Counted from the first letter of the stretch, positions 16,899 through 35,519 are shown. The stretch: DNA of 64,000 nt from an uncultured Lentisphaerota bacterium (GCA_900320095.1 ONQZ01000007.1:534-64533), one strand, 5' to 3'. The notes: generated from the letters alone by a model not told the origin. Made by a program: numbers and translations.

Positions 16899-17801
16899 TT
16901 ATGCCTTTGCCGGTTTGACGGGGATGATAATTGCCGGTTCGCCGAGGCGGTAGGAGCATTTCGGATGTTCGTGCCCGAACGCGAGCCCGGTGCAGACCGG
17001 TTTCCCTGTCTGCGCGGCGAAATCACGCAGCAGACGCCGTATCTGCGGCTTCGGTCCGCATTTGGTGAAATACCCGAAGACGACCGCCCGCGTCTGTTCG
17101 ATGATCCCCGCCTGGATCAGGTGCGTCAGGTGGCGGTCCAACACGCGTACCTCCTCGTGTACGTCCTCCAATGCCAGAATCGTGCCGTTCAGGTCCGGCA
17201 TCCAAGGCGTGCCGCAAAGCGTGGTCATGACCGTGAGATTGGAGAGCACGAGCGGGCCGGAGATAGTGGAATCTGCGGTGCTTTCCCCCACCGGGATGAG
17301 CTTGAGCTTGCGCGGCACGGTGCGTTTCAGAACGGTGCCAAAAGATGCTCTTGCCGCGGACCAGGCCATCGCATCAGGAAGGCCATCGGCCATCGGTGCG
17401 CAGACCGGGATTCCGGCGTGCTCCGCCAACATGGCCAGGTGAAGCGCAGAGATATCACTGTACCCATAGACCGGCAGGTTTCGCTCGCGGAGCAGGTCGA
17501 AGTCGAGCTTCGGCAGGATGTGCGCGCTGCCGAATCCGCCGCGCGTGCACAGGATAAGGTCGACGCGCGGATCGTTCAGCAGCGCGTGGAAATCCGCCAG
17601 CCTCGATTCCGGCGTGCCGCAGCAGTATTTCATCGGGCCGTGCTTGAGCGCGCCCGGCGCGAGCACGGTCTGCACGCCGCAGACGTCCTCCAGATAACGC
17701 CGCGCCTCGGCGATCCGGGCGGCGTCGGGCAGGCTCGCGGGCGAGGTCAGGCCGACGGTTCGGACGGAGGCGGGGAAGAGACGTTCCGGTTTTGCGGACA
17801 T
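16899..17801 (-). CDS. ldcA: LD-carboxypeptidase, peptidase S66 family
   Basis: RGGFGS, GYSDIS (catalytic Ser), ILALEDVHE, FGHEH; start MSAKPER; promoter TTGCAA-17-TATAGT at 17843-17871. Confidence 0.88.
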   Translation of the reverse strand: MSAKPERLFPASVRTVGLTSPASLPDAARIAEARRYLEDVCGVQTVLAPGALKHGPMKYCCGTPESRLADFHALLNDPRVDLILCTRGGFGSAHILPKLDFDLLRERNLPVYGYSDISALHLAMLAEHAGIPVCAPMADGLPDAMAWSAARASFGTVLKRTVPRKLKLIPVGESTADSTISGPLVLSNLTVMTTLCGTPWMPDLNGTILALEDVHEEVRVLDRHLTHLIQAGIIEQTRAVVFGYFTKCGPKPQIRRLLRDFAAQTGKPVCTGLAFGHEHPKCSYRLGEPAIIIPVKPAKA

Positions 17802-17930
17802 GATGCGGATTCCTTCATTCGGGGACAAAACAGATTAAAAATACTATACCCCGTTCAGGTGTGTTTTGCAACCCGGTCCGGCGTTTTTCCGGCAAAAAAC
17901 AGCGCGGTTTCCGCTTCCCGCGCGTCCGCG

Positions 17931-20426
17931 TCAGAGCAGGGGCGGCGTGGTCTCCGGGAACACGATCTCGCCGTCGCGCTCCACGGCGCGTTCGAGCTTG
18001 GCGAAGAGCTGGTTTTTGCCCCGGTTCTTGAGGCAGTCCAGGTCGCCGATGATGACGAGTTCGCTGCGGCAGCGCGTGTACGCCACGTTGATGCGGTTGG
18101 CGTTGTCCGTGAACCCGATCCCGTGGCGTTCGCTGCTGCGCACGTAGGAGATGATGACTGCTTCGCTTTCGCCGCCCTGGAAACTGTCCACGGTCGCGAT
18201 ATTTTTCAGCAGGAAATGGTTCCAGCGGTCCGTCGCGAACCGGCTGGCGAAGAGGTCGGAAAACGTTTTCCTGAGCAGCACGATCTGCCGCCGGTACGGG
18301 CTGATGACCGTGATGTCCTCCAGCTCGTAGCGCGTCAGCATCGACCGGAACGTCTCGGCGGCGAGGCGGACTTCGCCCGGATTCCAGATGCCGGGCCGCC
18401 CGTTCTCGTAGACGAACCGCTCCGAACGTTTCTTGAGCGGCAGATGCGAGGTCGAGATGAACTGGAGCGTGGACTTCGGGAACTGCTGTTCGCGTTCGGC
18501 GGGCGGCAGCTTGTAGTAGTCGGCGTCCGGGTTCGGCAGGAGTTCGGCGTTGTAGAACATCGTGGAGGCGAACCTGAGGAGGCGCGGATTGCGGCAGCGG
18601 TAGGAGAGGTTCAGCACGTACACCGGGAACTTCCGGTAGCTGATGAGCCATTCCATGATGCTCTTCGTCGCGAGCGTGGCGGCTTCGCTGTCGTCCGACG
18701 GATTGTCCTTCAATATCTCCTCGAGCACGCTCTTGTGGCGCGGGAAGGGCGGGAGCTGCCTGTGGTCGCCGAGCAGCACGATCCGGTTCGCCAGCCGGGC
18801 GGCAAGGATCGCCTCGTCCGGCGCGGCCATGCCCGCCTCGTCGATCAGGATCACGTCGAACTCGGTCCCGGTCTTCTGGAAGTTCTCGATCGTGTAGTCG
18901 CGCAACAATCCGGGCAGCGTCCCGGCGAAGATGATCCCGGCCGCCTTCTCGCTGCAGCGCGACCGGATCTTCCGGTAGTTGCCGGGCGTGCCGACCCAAT
19001 GGCTTTCCATCAGCACGGGGTCCACGTTGTCGCGGTTCCGGGCGCAGCGCAGGAACGGCAGGTCCATGATCCGGCGGCACAGGTTGTCGACCGCCGCGTG
19101 CGACGGCGCGCCCACGAGGATGCGGAGCCCCTGCCGCTGCATCCGCCTCACGATCTGCTCAAGCAAGTACGTCTTGCCCGTGCCCGGCGGCCCCTGGATC
19201 AAAACGATTTTGTTCGCGCCCGAACACGCCGCTTCCAGCGCGGCGCGCTGAGGTGCGTTGAGGCGGCTCCCCGGCGCGGGCGGAGGGCAGGGCGGCGCGA
19301 TAAAAGACGTGGCGGACACGCCGAGCAGTCCGGCTGCCGCCCCGAACGAATCGGTTACGCCGTTGTCAAGTTCAAGTTTGAGGTCGCGAATGCTGTTCGC
19401 GTACTGTTCCAGCGGACTTTTCGGCATGCGCGCGGTAAGAAATGCCTTTTCCCGTTCGAAATCCACCTTGCGGTCCGTCCGGATCCGCCCCGCGATCATG
19501 TCGCCGTCCGCCAGGTCCACGTGCAGGAACCCGATCCGTTCGCCGTCGTCCCGGACCACGGCCAGCACGTCGTCCTGCCGGACCGGAGCGTCGGGTTTCG
19601 CCTGGATCTCCACGACGAGCTCGCGGTCGCGCGACCGCAGCAGCCCGGCGTCGGCGAGCTTCAACGAGAAATCGCGTTCGAGTTCCGCCTGAAGCCGCGC
19701 GGACCGTTCGATCAGCTCCAGACGCTGCTTCACGCGCCAGACCGTCTCCGATCCGATCACGTCGCGCCGGTTTTTCAGGTATGTTTCTCCGCCGTCGAGC
19801 TCGCGCGCGTAGGTCCCGTCGAGCGGCAGGACCAGCTGGTCGTCGAGCTCGTCACCGGCGAGGTCGGCGAGCGCGCTCTGGATCAGCTCGTGCACCTGCT
19901 GCGCCCCGAGCGACTTGATCGCCTTCACGGTGCTTTCCGGGAAATCGTCCGCGACACGGTCGGCGTATTCGTGAAGCTCCTTCAGTTTGAGCTTGGAGTC
20001 GACCGCCGCCTTTCCGTCCTCCTTCATCATCCGCGCGATCTCGCGCATCGCGTCGATCATTTCCGCCACGCCGTCGCTCGTGAGCGACACCGTCTCCTGT
20101 TCCTCCCAGTCCGCCGTGCCGTCCTGCTTCATGCGGATCAAGTAGCTTTTCTCCCAGTCGGCGGTCCGGACGCGCAGACGCGGACACCCTTCCGCCTCGT
20201 CCCAGCAGTACACGCACTCGGCGTCCGTGCCGCGGTGGCGCGGGAATCTGAGGAGAGTCCCGTTCAGGACGAGCGTGCTTTTCGACACGGGGAACGGCTG
20301 AGGGCAGCAGAGTTTTTCCCACAGCTCGTAAAACGCCCGCGAGGCCGCATGCGCGGGATTGCGCGAAAACATGCGGGCGCGCTCCATTAAATAACTCTCT
20401 ATGATCTGAGCTTCGGGCGAGTTCAT
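17931..20426 (-). CDS. Superfamily 1 UPF1/DNA2/NAM7-like helicase with unknown N-terminal region (831 aa)
   Basis: GPPGTGKT, APSHAAVDNL, DEAG, GDHRQLPP, SYRC, TVDSFQGGE, RINVAYTR; start MNSPEAQ; promoter TTGACT-17-TATATT at 20498-20526. Confidence 0.88.
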   Translation of the reverse strand: MNSPEAQIIESYLMERARMFSRNPAHAASRAFYELWEKLCCPQPFPVSKSTLVLNGTLLRFPRHRGTDAECVYCWDEAEGCPRLRVRTADWEKSYLIRMKQDGTADWEEQETVSLTSDGVAEMIDAMREIARMMKEDGKAAVDSKLKLKELHEYADRVADDFPESTVKAIKSLGAQQVHELIQSALADLAGDELDDQLVLPLDGTYARELDGGETYLKNRRDVIGSETVWRVKQRLELIERSARLQAELERDFSLKLADAGLLRSRDRELVVEIQAKPDAPVRQDDVLAVVRDDGERIGFLHVDLADGDMIAGRIRTDRKVDFEREKAFLTARMPKSPLEQYANSIRDLKLELDNGVTDSFGAAAGLLGVSATSFIAPPCPPPAPGSRLNAPQRAALEAACSGANKIVLIQGPPGTGKTYLLEQIVRRMQRQGLRILVGAPSHAAVDNLCRRIMDLPFLRCARNRDNVDPVLMESHWVGTPGNYRKIRSRCSEKAAGIIFAGTLPGLLRDYTIENFQKTGTEFDVILIDEAGMAAPDEAILAARLANRIVLLGDHRQLPPFPRHKSVLEEILKDNPSDDSEAATLATKSIMEWLISYRKFPVYVLNLSYRCRNPRLLRFASTMFYNAELLPNPDADYYKLPPAEREQQFPKSTLQFISTSHLPLKKRSERFVYENGRPGIWNPGEVRLAAETFRSMLTRYELEDITVISPYRRQIVLLRKTFSDLFASRFATDRWNHFLLKNIATVDSFQGGESEAVIISYVRSSERHGIGFTDNANRINVAYTRCRSELVIIGDLDCLKNRGKNQLFAKLERAVERDGEIVFPETTPPLL

Positions 20427-20700
20427 CGGCTGTATCTGTTGCGTGGGATGTGATGCGGACGTCCGCGATTGTCGCGCCGCCGTATGTCTGACGGGATAAT
20501 ATAGGCCGCCGGAGGGCAAAAGTCAAGGCGGAATCCGGAAAAGCGTGCGGCGAAAATAGAACCGTATTCCGGCGAACATGAGATATTTCCCCGGATCGTT
20601 TGTCATTTTTGGCGAAACTTTTCTAAACGTCTTTTGAGGTTAGACAATTTAGAAACTGAACAAAATCAATGTTTTTTCAGTCTTTTTTCGGGAAAATCGT

Positions 20701-20729
20701 TTGACAACGTTAGAAAACAGAGTTATATT
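20701..20729 (+). promoter_or_regulatory. Strong sigma70-type promoter of the lipoprotein gene
   Basis: TTGACA-17-TATATT. Confidence 0.8.
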
Positions 20730-20811
20730 AATCCCCACAGACAAAAAACTTGGACCACCCGGGTCTGAGTAAACATCTATTCAAACCTCAAAAAGAAAGG
20801 TCTTTTCTCAA

Positions 20812-21201
20812 ATGAAAAAGATGATTCTTGGCATGGGCGCCATCCTCGCCGCCTCTATCGTCACCAGCTGCGCTGCTGTCGGCATCAACAACGGCATGCC
20901 CGCCGTCACCAGCCTCGGCCCGAACTTCTTCACGGAAGCCAAAGCCAACTCCTTCATCGGCGATGTCCAGAGCAGCTACACTGTCGTGAAGCACGGCGTC
21001 ACGGCTGAAGCCAGCCTCAAGAGCTTCTTCACCTGCGTCAACTTCGGCGATGCCTCCTTCGAAACCCTCAAGAGCAAAGCCCTCGAAGGCCTCGCTGCCG
21101 ATGATCTGATCGACGTCCGCGTCGACTACGACCAGACCTGCATCTGCGGTATCAACAACATCACCGTCAAGCTGACCGGCACCGCGATCAAGTACAAATA
21201 A
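20812..21201 (+). CDS. Small lipoprotein (129 aa), possibly TRL-like family
   Basis: Lipobox VTS-C20; AAAGAAAGG RBS; ribosomal-protein-like codon usage; GDASF...IDVRVD...TVKLTG pattern; monocistronic. Confidence 0.8.
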   Translation: MKKMILGMGAILAASIVTSCAAVGINNGMPAVTSLGPNFFTEAKANSFIGDVQSSYTVVKHGVTAEASLKSFFTCVNFGDASFETLKSKALEGLAADDLIDVRVDYDQTCICGINNITVKLTGTAIKYK

Positions 21202-21228
21202 TTGAATTAAGTTCAATTTGTGCTTTTG

Positions 21229-21263
21229 TCCCGGGCCCCTCACCGGACCCGGGATTTTCTTTT
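21229..21263 (+). terminator. Rho-independent terminator of the lipoprotein gene
   Basis: TCCCGGG...CCCGGGA followed by TTTTCTTTT. Confidence 0.75.
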
Positions 21264-21427
21264 GAATCCTCGCGTTTGCCGAAGGAGGCGGCGCCTCCAC
21301 TGAGACAGTGTCCGGCCGCGCCCGGACACGGTTGACGGCGGAAACGGCATTGGTTTTTTCAACGCCGCCGGCACGCTCCGTTTTCAGGATGGTGTACTGT
21401 TTTGTCCTCCGCCAAACGCGAGAACTC
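21264..21427 (-). ncRNA. Candidate 6S (SsrS)-like structured RNA, 164 nt
   Basis: The 23-nt ends pair 22/23 on the minus strand using three G-U wobbles (19/23 on plus); A-rich single-stranded 5' bubble, inner irregular stem, 3' bubble hairpin. Confidence 0.5.
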
Positions 21428-21545
21428 GAAAGTCAACCTCAAAATGAGGTGAAAGGCCGAGGCGTTCCGATCATGGATTCCGGCGTTTTTTCCGGGTTCG
21501 GCCCGAAAAAATCGGAAAAAACTTTGAAAAAACGCGAAAAAGTGC

Positions 21546-21573
21546 TTGCATTTCCCGAAATTCGTGGTATATT
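21546..21573 (+). promoter_or_regulatory. Promoter of the tRNA-Thr-tuf operon
   Basis: TTGCAT-16-TATATT with extended TG and an upstream A-tract UP element. Confidence 0.75.
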
Positions 21574-21634
21574 AAAGTCTCATTACGCTTCGAAACAAAG
21601 CGGCCAGCTTCAGTTTTGAGTGTGATACCGTGAT

Positions 21635-21710
<76 letters not shown>

Positions 21711-21791
21711 CTTTTCCCCGGATCATACAACACCTTTAACATAAACAACACACTTCGGCAGACCGCCGAAAAACTCCTAAGGAGAAAGAAA

Positions 21792-22997
<1,206 letters not shown>

Positions 22998-23101
22998 CAT
23001 CAACTCCGTCCCGTTGCGGATTTCTCTGCCGCCGGTTCGCCTCAAATGGAGAGCCGGCGGCGTGAATCAATCAACAGGGGACGAAGAAAGCAGATACCGC
23101 C

Positions 23102-23251
23102 ATGCGCGAAATCATCATTCTTGAATGCACCGAGTGCAAACGCCGGAACTACACGACGACCAAGGAGAAGAAGAATACTCCCGGCCGTTTCGAGATCAAG
23201 AAGTTCTGCAAGTTTGAACGGAAGCACACCATTCACAAGGAATGCCGCTGA
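23102..23251 (+). CDS. rpmG: 50S ribosomal protein L33 (49 aa)
   Basis: Hand translation [49 protein letters not shown]; canonical position after tuf. Confidence 0.96.
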   Translation: MREIIILECTECKRRNYTTTKEKKNTPGRFEIKKFCKFERKHTIHKECR

Positions 23252-23318
23252 CCTCGCAGGCGCGCCTTCGCGGTGCGCCGCATGAGGCCGGGCGTTCCGG
23301 CAAATCAGTTCGTTACGC

Positions 23319-23394
23319 AGGAGTGTAGCTCAGTTGGTAGAGCAGCGGTCTCCAAAACCGCAGGTCGTGAGTTCGAGACTCTCCGCTCCTGCCA
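23319..23394 (+). tRNA. tRNA-Trp (CCA)
   Basis: AGGAGTG/CGCTCCT acceptor, anticodon arm GCGGT-CTCCAAA-ACCGC, CCA end; canonical position before secE. Confidence 0.97.
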
Positions 23395-23478
23395 TTTCAT
23401 TTTCAGACAGAGGATTCGAGTAACGGGTTCCGGACGGGGCCCGGGCGGCGCAAAAAGCCGCGAAATCAACAGCAAGCT

Positions 23479-23685
23479 ATGGACAACAACCTCAGTTTTT
23501 TCGGAAAAATACGGTCTTTCATCGAACGGACCATGGATGAGATGAGAAAGTGCACCTGGCCGACCCGGGAGCAGCTCCTGGAGTCCACGGTGCTTGTCCT
23601 CGTTGTCATGGCTGTGTCCTCCGCGTACATCGCCGGAGTCGACCAGATCCTCTATCGCATCATCAATTACTTAATCTCTTTCTGA
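23479..23685 (+). CDS. secE: Preprotein translocase subunit SecE
   Basis: EMRKCTWPTREQL plus one TM helix, between tRNA-Trp and nusG. Confidence 0.95.
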   Translation: MDNNLSFFGKIRSFIERTMDEMRKCTWPTREQLLESTVLVLVVMAVSSAYIAGVDQILYRIINYLISF

Positions 23686-23704
23686 TCCGGTTCCGGTGAA
23701 TCCC

Positions 23705-24313
23705 ATGAAGACAGACGAAGAAAAACAGCTCGAACCTGTTGACCGCAGCAAAGGCCAGTGGTACGTCCTTCAGACCGGTACCGGCCGCGAAAACAAGGTC
23801 AAGGAAGCGATCGAAGGAAAACTTCTGCAGGATCCCGGCGCGGTTCCCGTGTACGAAGTGATCATCCCCGTTCACAAATACATTGACCCGAAAACGCAGC
23901 GTACCGTCACCACCAAGATCCATCCGAACTACGTCTACGTGAGAATGGACCTGTACAAGGAAGACGGCGAGATCAACGAGGTCGTGTGGTATTTCGTCCG
24001 CGGCATCGCGGGCGTGACCCGTTTCGTCGGCGATCCCGAGCATCCGATGCCGATCACGGACGACGAGGTGAAGGACCTCCTCCACACGGTCGATACGCTG
24101 AAAGACGGCGCGACGCTTCCGCCTCCGCCCTCGTGGCTGGTGGTCGGCACGCGCGTCAGAGTCGAGGACCGCGACTGCGTGTTCAACGGTTCCGACGGCA
24201 AGATCATAGAGGTCGATCCCGAACATGCGAAACTCAAACTGATGATTTCGATCTTTGAGCGGGATACTCCTGTTGAATTGGAGTTTGGGCAGGTCGGTCC
24301 GTGCGAAGATTGA
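23705..24313 (+). CDS. nusG: Transcription termination/antitermination factor NusG
   Basis: WYVLQTGTGRENKV, HPNYVYVRM, GVTRFVG, SIFERDTPVELEFGQV. Confidence 0.96.
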   Translation: MKTDEEKQLEPVDRSKGQWYVLQTGTGRENKVKEAIEGKLLQDPGAVPVYEVIIPVHKYIDPKTQRTVTTKIHPNYVYVRMDLYKEDGEINEVVWYFVRGIAGVTRFVGDPEHPMPITDDEVKDLLHTVDTLKDGATLPPPPSWLVVGTRVRVEDRDCVFNGSDGKIIEVDPEHAKLKLMISIFERDTPVELEFGQVGPCED

Positions 24314-24406
24314 CGCACAGGCCGAACAAACATACTAAACATATCGTAGTCCGCAAGGTGGAAGAATTCCTGCCGGTTCGTACCAGCTTGCGGTTTGGAG
24401 ACAGAA

Positions 24407-24835
24407 ATGGCGAAAAAGGTAACTGCGGAAATCCGTTTGCAGATCCCGGCCGGCGATGCGAAACCGTCGCCCCCGGTAGGCCCCGCGCTCGGCCAGGCCG
24501 GCGTGAACATCATGGGCTTCTGCAAGCAGTTTAACGCTGCGACTCAGTCACAGGCCGGAATGATCATCCCGGTCGTGATCACCGTCTACCAGGATCGTTC
24601 TTTCACATTTGTCACGAAGTCTCCGCCGGCTGCTGAGCTCATCAAGAAGCTGGCGAACATCCCGAGCGGGTCCCACAACCCCGGCCGCGAATCGGCCGGA
24701 AAGATCACCCGCGCGCAGATCAAGCAGATCGTGGAAATGAAAAAGAAAGACATCAACGCCCGAAGCGAGGAAGCCGCGATGCGCGTCATCGAAGGCACTG
24801 CCCGCAGTATGGGTATCGAGGTGGTAGATGCCTAA
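24407..24835 (+). CDS. rplK: 50S ribosomal protein L11
   Basis: [33 protein letters not shown]. Confidence 0.99.
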   Translation: MAKKVTAEIRLQIPAGDAKPSPPVGPALGQAGVNIMGFCKQFNAATQSQAGMIIPVVITVYQDRSFTFVTKSPPAAELIKKLANIPSGSHNPGRESAGKITRAQIKQIVEMKKKDINARSEEAAMRVIEGTARSMGIEVVDA

Positions 24836-25538
24836 AAGAAGCAAACTCTACAGAGCACAGCTGGAGCGTTTCGACAAGCTCAAACGCTACTCGCTGGCCG
24901 AGGCGGCCGCGCTGCTCAAGGAACTCCCGAGCGTGAAGTTCGACCAGACGGTCGAAATCGCTTTCAAGCTCGGCGTCGACCCGAAGCAGACCGACCAGAC
25001 CGTCCGCGGAGCCGTCGCGCTCCCGCGCGGTACCGGCAAGGAAGTGCGTGTCGTGGTCATCGCGGACGACGACAAGTTCCGCCAGGAGGCTGAGGCCGCC
25101 GGCGCGAACGTGGTCGGATTCGAAGATGTCATCTCCAGGATCAAAGGCGGATGGCTCGACTTCGACGTCCTCATCGCGACTCCCTCCTCCATGTCCCAGA
25201 TCCGCCCCCTGGGCCGTCAGCTCGGCCCCCGCGGCCTCATGCCGAACCCGAAGACCGGCACCGTCACCGAGAAGGTCGGCGATGCCGTCCGCGAGGCGAA
25301 GGCCGGCCGTGCGGAATTTCGTGCCGACCGCGGCGCCTGCGTGCAGGTTCCCATCGGAAAGCTCTCGTTCGAGGCCGATGCCATCGTCGAGAACGCCGTT
25401 GCGGTCATCAAGGCTCTCATCAAAGCGAAACCGTCCTCCGCGAAGGGTGTCTACATCCAGTCGATCACGCTCAGTGCGACCATGACCCCCGGCGTGAAGG
25501 TTGACATTCGCGAAGCATCGGTGAAGGAGACAGCATGA
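24828..25538 (+). CDS. rplA: 50S ribosomal protein L1
   Basis: [23 protein letters not shown]. Confidence 0.99.
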   Translation: MPKRSKLYRAQLERFDKLKRYSLAEAAALLKELPSVKFDQTVEIAFKLGVDPKQTDQTVRGAVALPRGTGKEVRVVVIADDDKFRQEAEAAGANVVGFEDVISRIKGGWLDFDVLIATPSSMSQIRPLGRQLGPRGLMPNPKTGTVTEKVGDAVREAKAGRAEFRADRGACVQVPIGKLSFEADAIVENAVAVIKALIKAKPSSAKGVYIQSITLSATMTPGVKVDIREASVKETA

Positions 25539-26062
25539 GACAGGAACGCATCCAGCTCGGACAGGACGTCGCTGCCCTCCTTACAGGTTCGGACTATCTG
25601 TTCTTTGTGACCTACAAGGGACTGAAGGTCAAAGACGTCGACTCGTTCAAAAAACAACTGGCGCCGCTCGGCGCGGAGTGCCACGTGCTGAAGAACCGCT
25701 TCATCAACAAAATGGCGGAACTCAACGGCATGGACGCTCTCGCCGGATTCAAACTCACCGGTGATACCGCTATGATCTCCGGGAAAGGCGATGCCGGCCC
25801 CGTTGCGAAGGCTATCAAGGCCTTCTCCACTGAAACCAAAGGTGTTCTCTCCGCCAAGGGCGGCTATTTCGATGGCGAAATTCTGAATTCGGAACAGGTC
25901 ATCGCGATCGCCGATCTCCCCGGCAAGGACGCGCTCCGTGCTCAGCTGCTTGGTCTCCTCGTGGCTGTCCCGACCGGCCTTGTCCGCGTGCTGAACGCCA
26001 AGGCTTCCAGCATCGTCAACGTTATCAACGCTTACAAAAACAAACTCGAAGAAAACTCTTAA
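25535..26062 (+). CDS. rplJ: 50S ribosomal protein L10
   Basis: YKGLKV, VLKNR, IADLPGKDALRAQL; position in the operon. Confidence 0.97.
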   Translation: MRQERIQLGQDVAALLTGSDYLFFVTYKGLKVKDVDSFKKQLAPLGAECHVLKNRFINKMAELNGMDALAGFKLTGDTAMISGKGDAGPVAKAIKAFSTETKGVLSAKGGYFDGEILNSEQVIAIADLPGKDALRAQLLGLLVAVPTGLVRVLNAKASSIVNVINAYKNKLEENS

Positions 26063-26086
26063 TTCAACTCATATGGAGGTCATACA

Positions 26087-26491
26087 ATGACTGAACAGGC
26101 TAACGTGGAAGTAACGCAGGAAATGGAACAGTTCATCTCCTACGTTGAGAAACTCTCCGTCCTCGAGCTCTCCAAGCTCGTCAAAGCTCTCGAAGACCGT
26201 CTCGGCGTCTCCGCCGCTGCTCCGGTCGCCGTCGCCGCTGCTGCTCCGGCTGCCGCCGCTGCCGCTCCCGCCGAAGAAAAGACCGAATTCGACGTCATCC
26301 TCTCCGACGTCGGCGCGAACAAGATCGCGGTCATCAAGGTCGTCCGCGAGATCGCGGGCCTCGGCCTCAAGGAAGCCAAAGAGCTCGTCGAAGGCGCTCC
26401 GAAGGCTGTCAAGGAAGGCGCTTCCAAGGAAGAAGCCGACAAGATCAAAGAGCAGCTCACTGCCGCCGGCGCCAAGGTCGAAGTCAAGTAA
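26087..26491 (+). CDS. rplL: 50S ribosomal protein L7/L12
   Basis: Ala-rich hinge, [25 protein letters not shown]. Confidence 0.99.
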   Translation: MTEQANVEVTQEMEQFISYVEKLSVLELSKLVKALEDRLGVSAAAPVAVAAAAPAAAAAAPAEEKTEFDVILSDVGANKIAVIKVVREIAGLGLKEAKELVEGAPKAVKEGASKEEADKIKEQLTAAGAKVEVK

Positions 26492-26521
26492 TGACTTCGC
26501 TTTGAAAGAAGTACATTTGTT

Positions 26522-26566
26522 GACGGCGGGATTCCCTCACGGGAGTCCCCCGTCCTTTCCTCGTTT
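26522..26566 (+). terminator. rplL-rpoB attenuator or terminator hairpin
   Basis: 14-bp stem GACGG(C)GGGATTCCC/GGGAGTCCCCCGTC followed by CTTTCCTCGTTT. Confidence 0.6.
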
Positions 26567-26649
26567 AAATCCGCAACGGGCTTTGCGGATTTTGCGGCAG
26601 ACGGTTCTGCCGTGAAAAATTGCCTTCTCAACTAAGCACAGGGTGGAAT

Positions 26650-30468
<3,819 letters not shown>

Positions 30469-30488
30469 CCGAAGGGGGAAGAGATACC

Positions 30489-34964
<4,476 letters not shown>

Positions 34965-35020
34965 AACCATTCAAAACGAGCAAAAATCAAAAAAAATAAC
35001 GAAAAACTGGGAAAATTGAT

Positions 35021-35049
35021 TTGATTATCCGCGGAAATGACGGTATATT
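35021..35049 (+). promoter_or_regulatory. Promoter of the rpsL (str-S10) operon
   Basis: TTGATT-17-TATATT with an upstream A-tract. Confidence 0.75.
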
Positions 35050-35108
35050 ATATGCTTGAATTTTTGCACACAATCATCAATTAACCAGAATACAGGTGGA
35101 AAACAAAC

Positions 35109-35495
35109 ATGCCGACAATCAACCAGTTGGTCAGAGCCGGTCGCAGCCCGAAACCCTGCAAGAGCAAATCCAAAGCTCTTACCAAATGCCCGCAGAGACG
35201 TGGCGTTTGCCTTCAGGTTACGACGAGAACCCCGAAAAAGCCGAACTCCGCTATGCGTAAAATCGCCCGTGTCCGTCTGACCAACGGACTCGAAGTCACC
35301 GCCTACATCGGCGGCGAAGGCCACAACCTCCAGGAACACAGCGTCGTCCTCGTGAAGGGCGGCCGTGTCCGTGACCTCCCGGGCGTCCGCTACCACGTCG
35401 TGCGCGGCGCACTCGACAGCATGGGCGTCGACGGACGCCGCCAGGGCCGTTCCAAGTACGGCGCGAAGCGTGCCAAAGACGACAAGAAGAAATAA
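35109..35495 (+). CDS. rpsL: 30S ribosomal protein S12
   Basis: [23 protein letters not shown]. Confidence 0.99.
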   Translation: MPTINQLVRAGRSPKPCKSKSKALTKCPQRRGVCLQVTTRTPKKPNSAMRKIARVRLTNGLEVTAYIGGEGHNLQEHSVVLVKGGRVRDLPGVRYHVVRGALDSMGVDGRRQGRSKYGAKRAKDDKKK

Positions 35496-35519
35496 TCACG
35501 ATAAGGTAACGCATACACC

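Noticed and set aside
16242-20390. 1382-aa plus-strand ORF, and similar long ORFs at 1265-3280, 26725-30276, 32349-34970, 35991-38108, 47487-51044 and 59292-62066
   Set aside because: Antisense shadows of real genes caused by strong GC3 bias; no motifs, and each mirrors a well-supported gene on the other strand.
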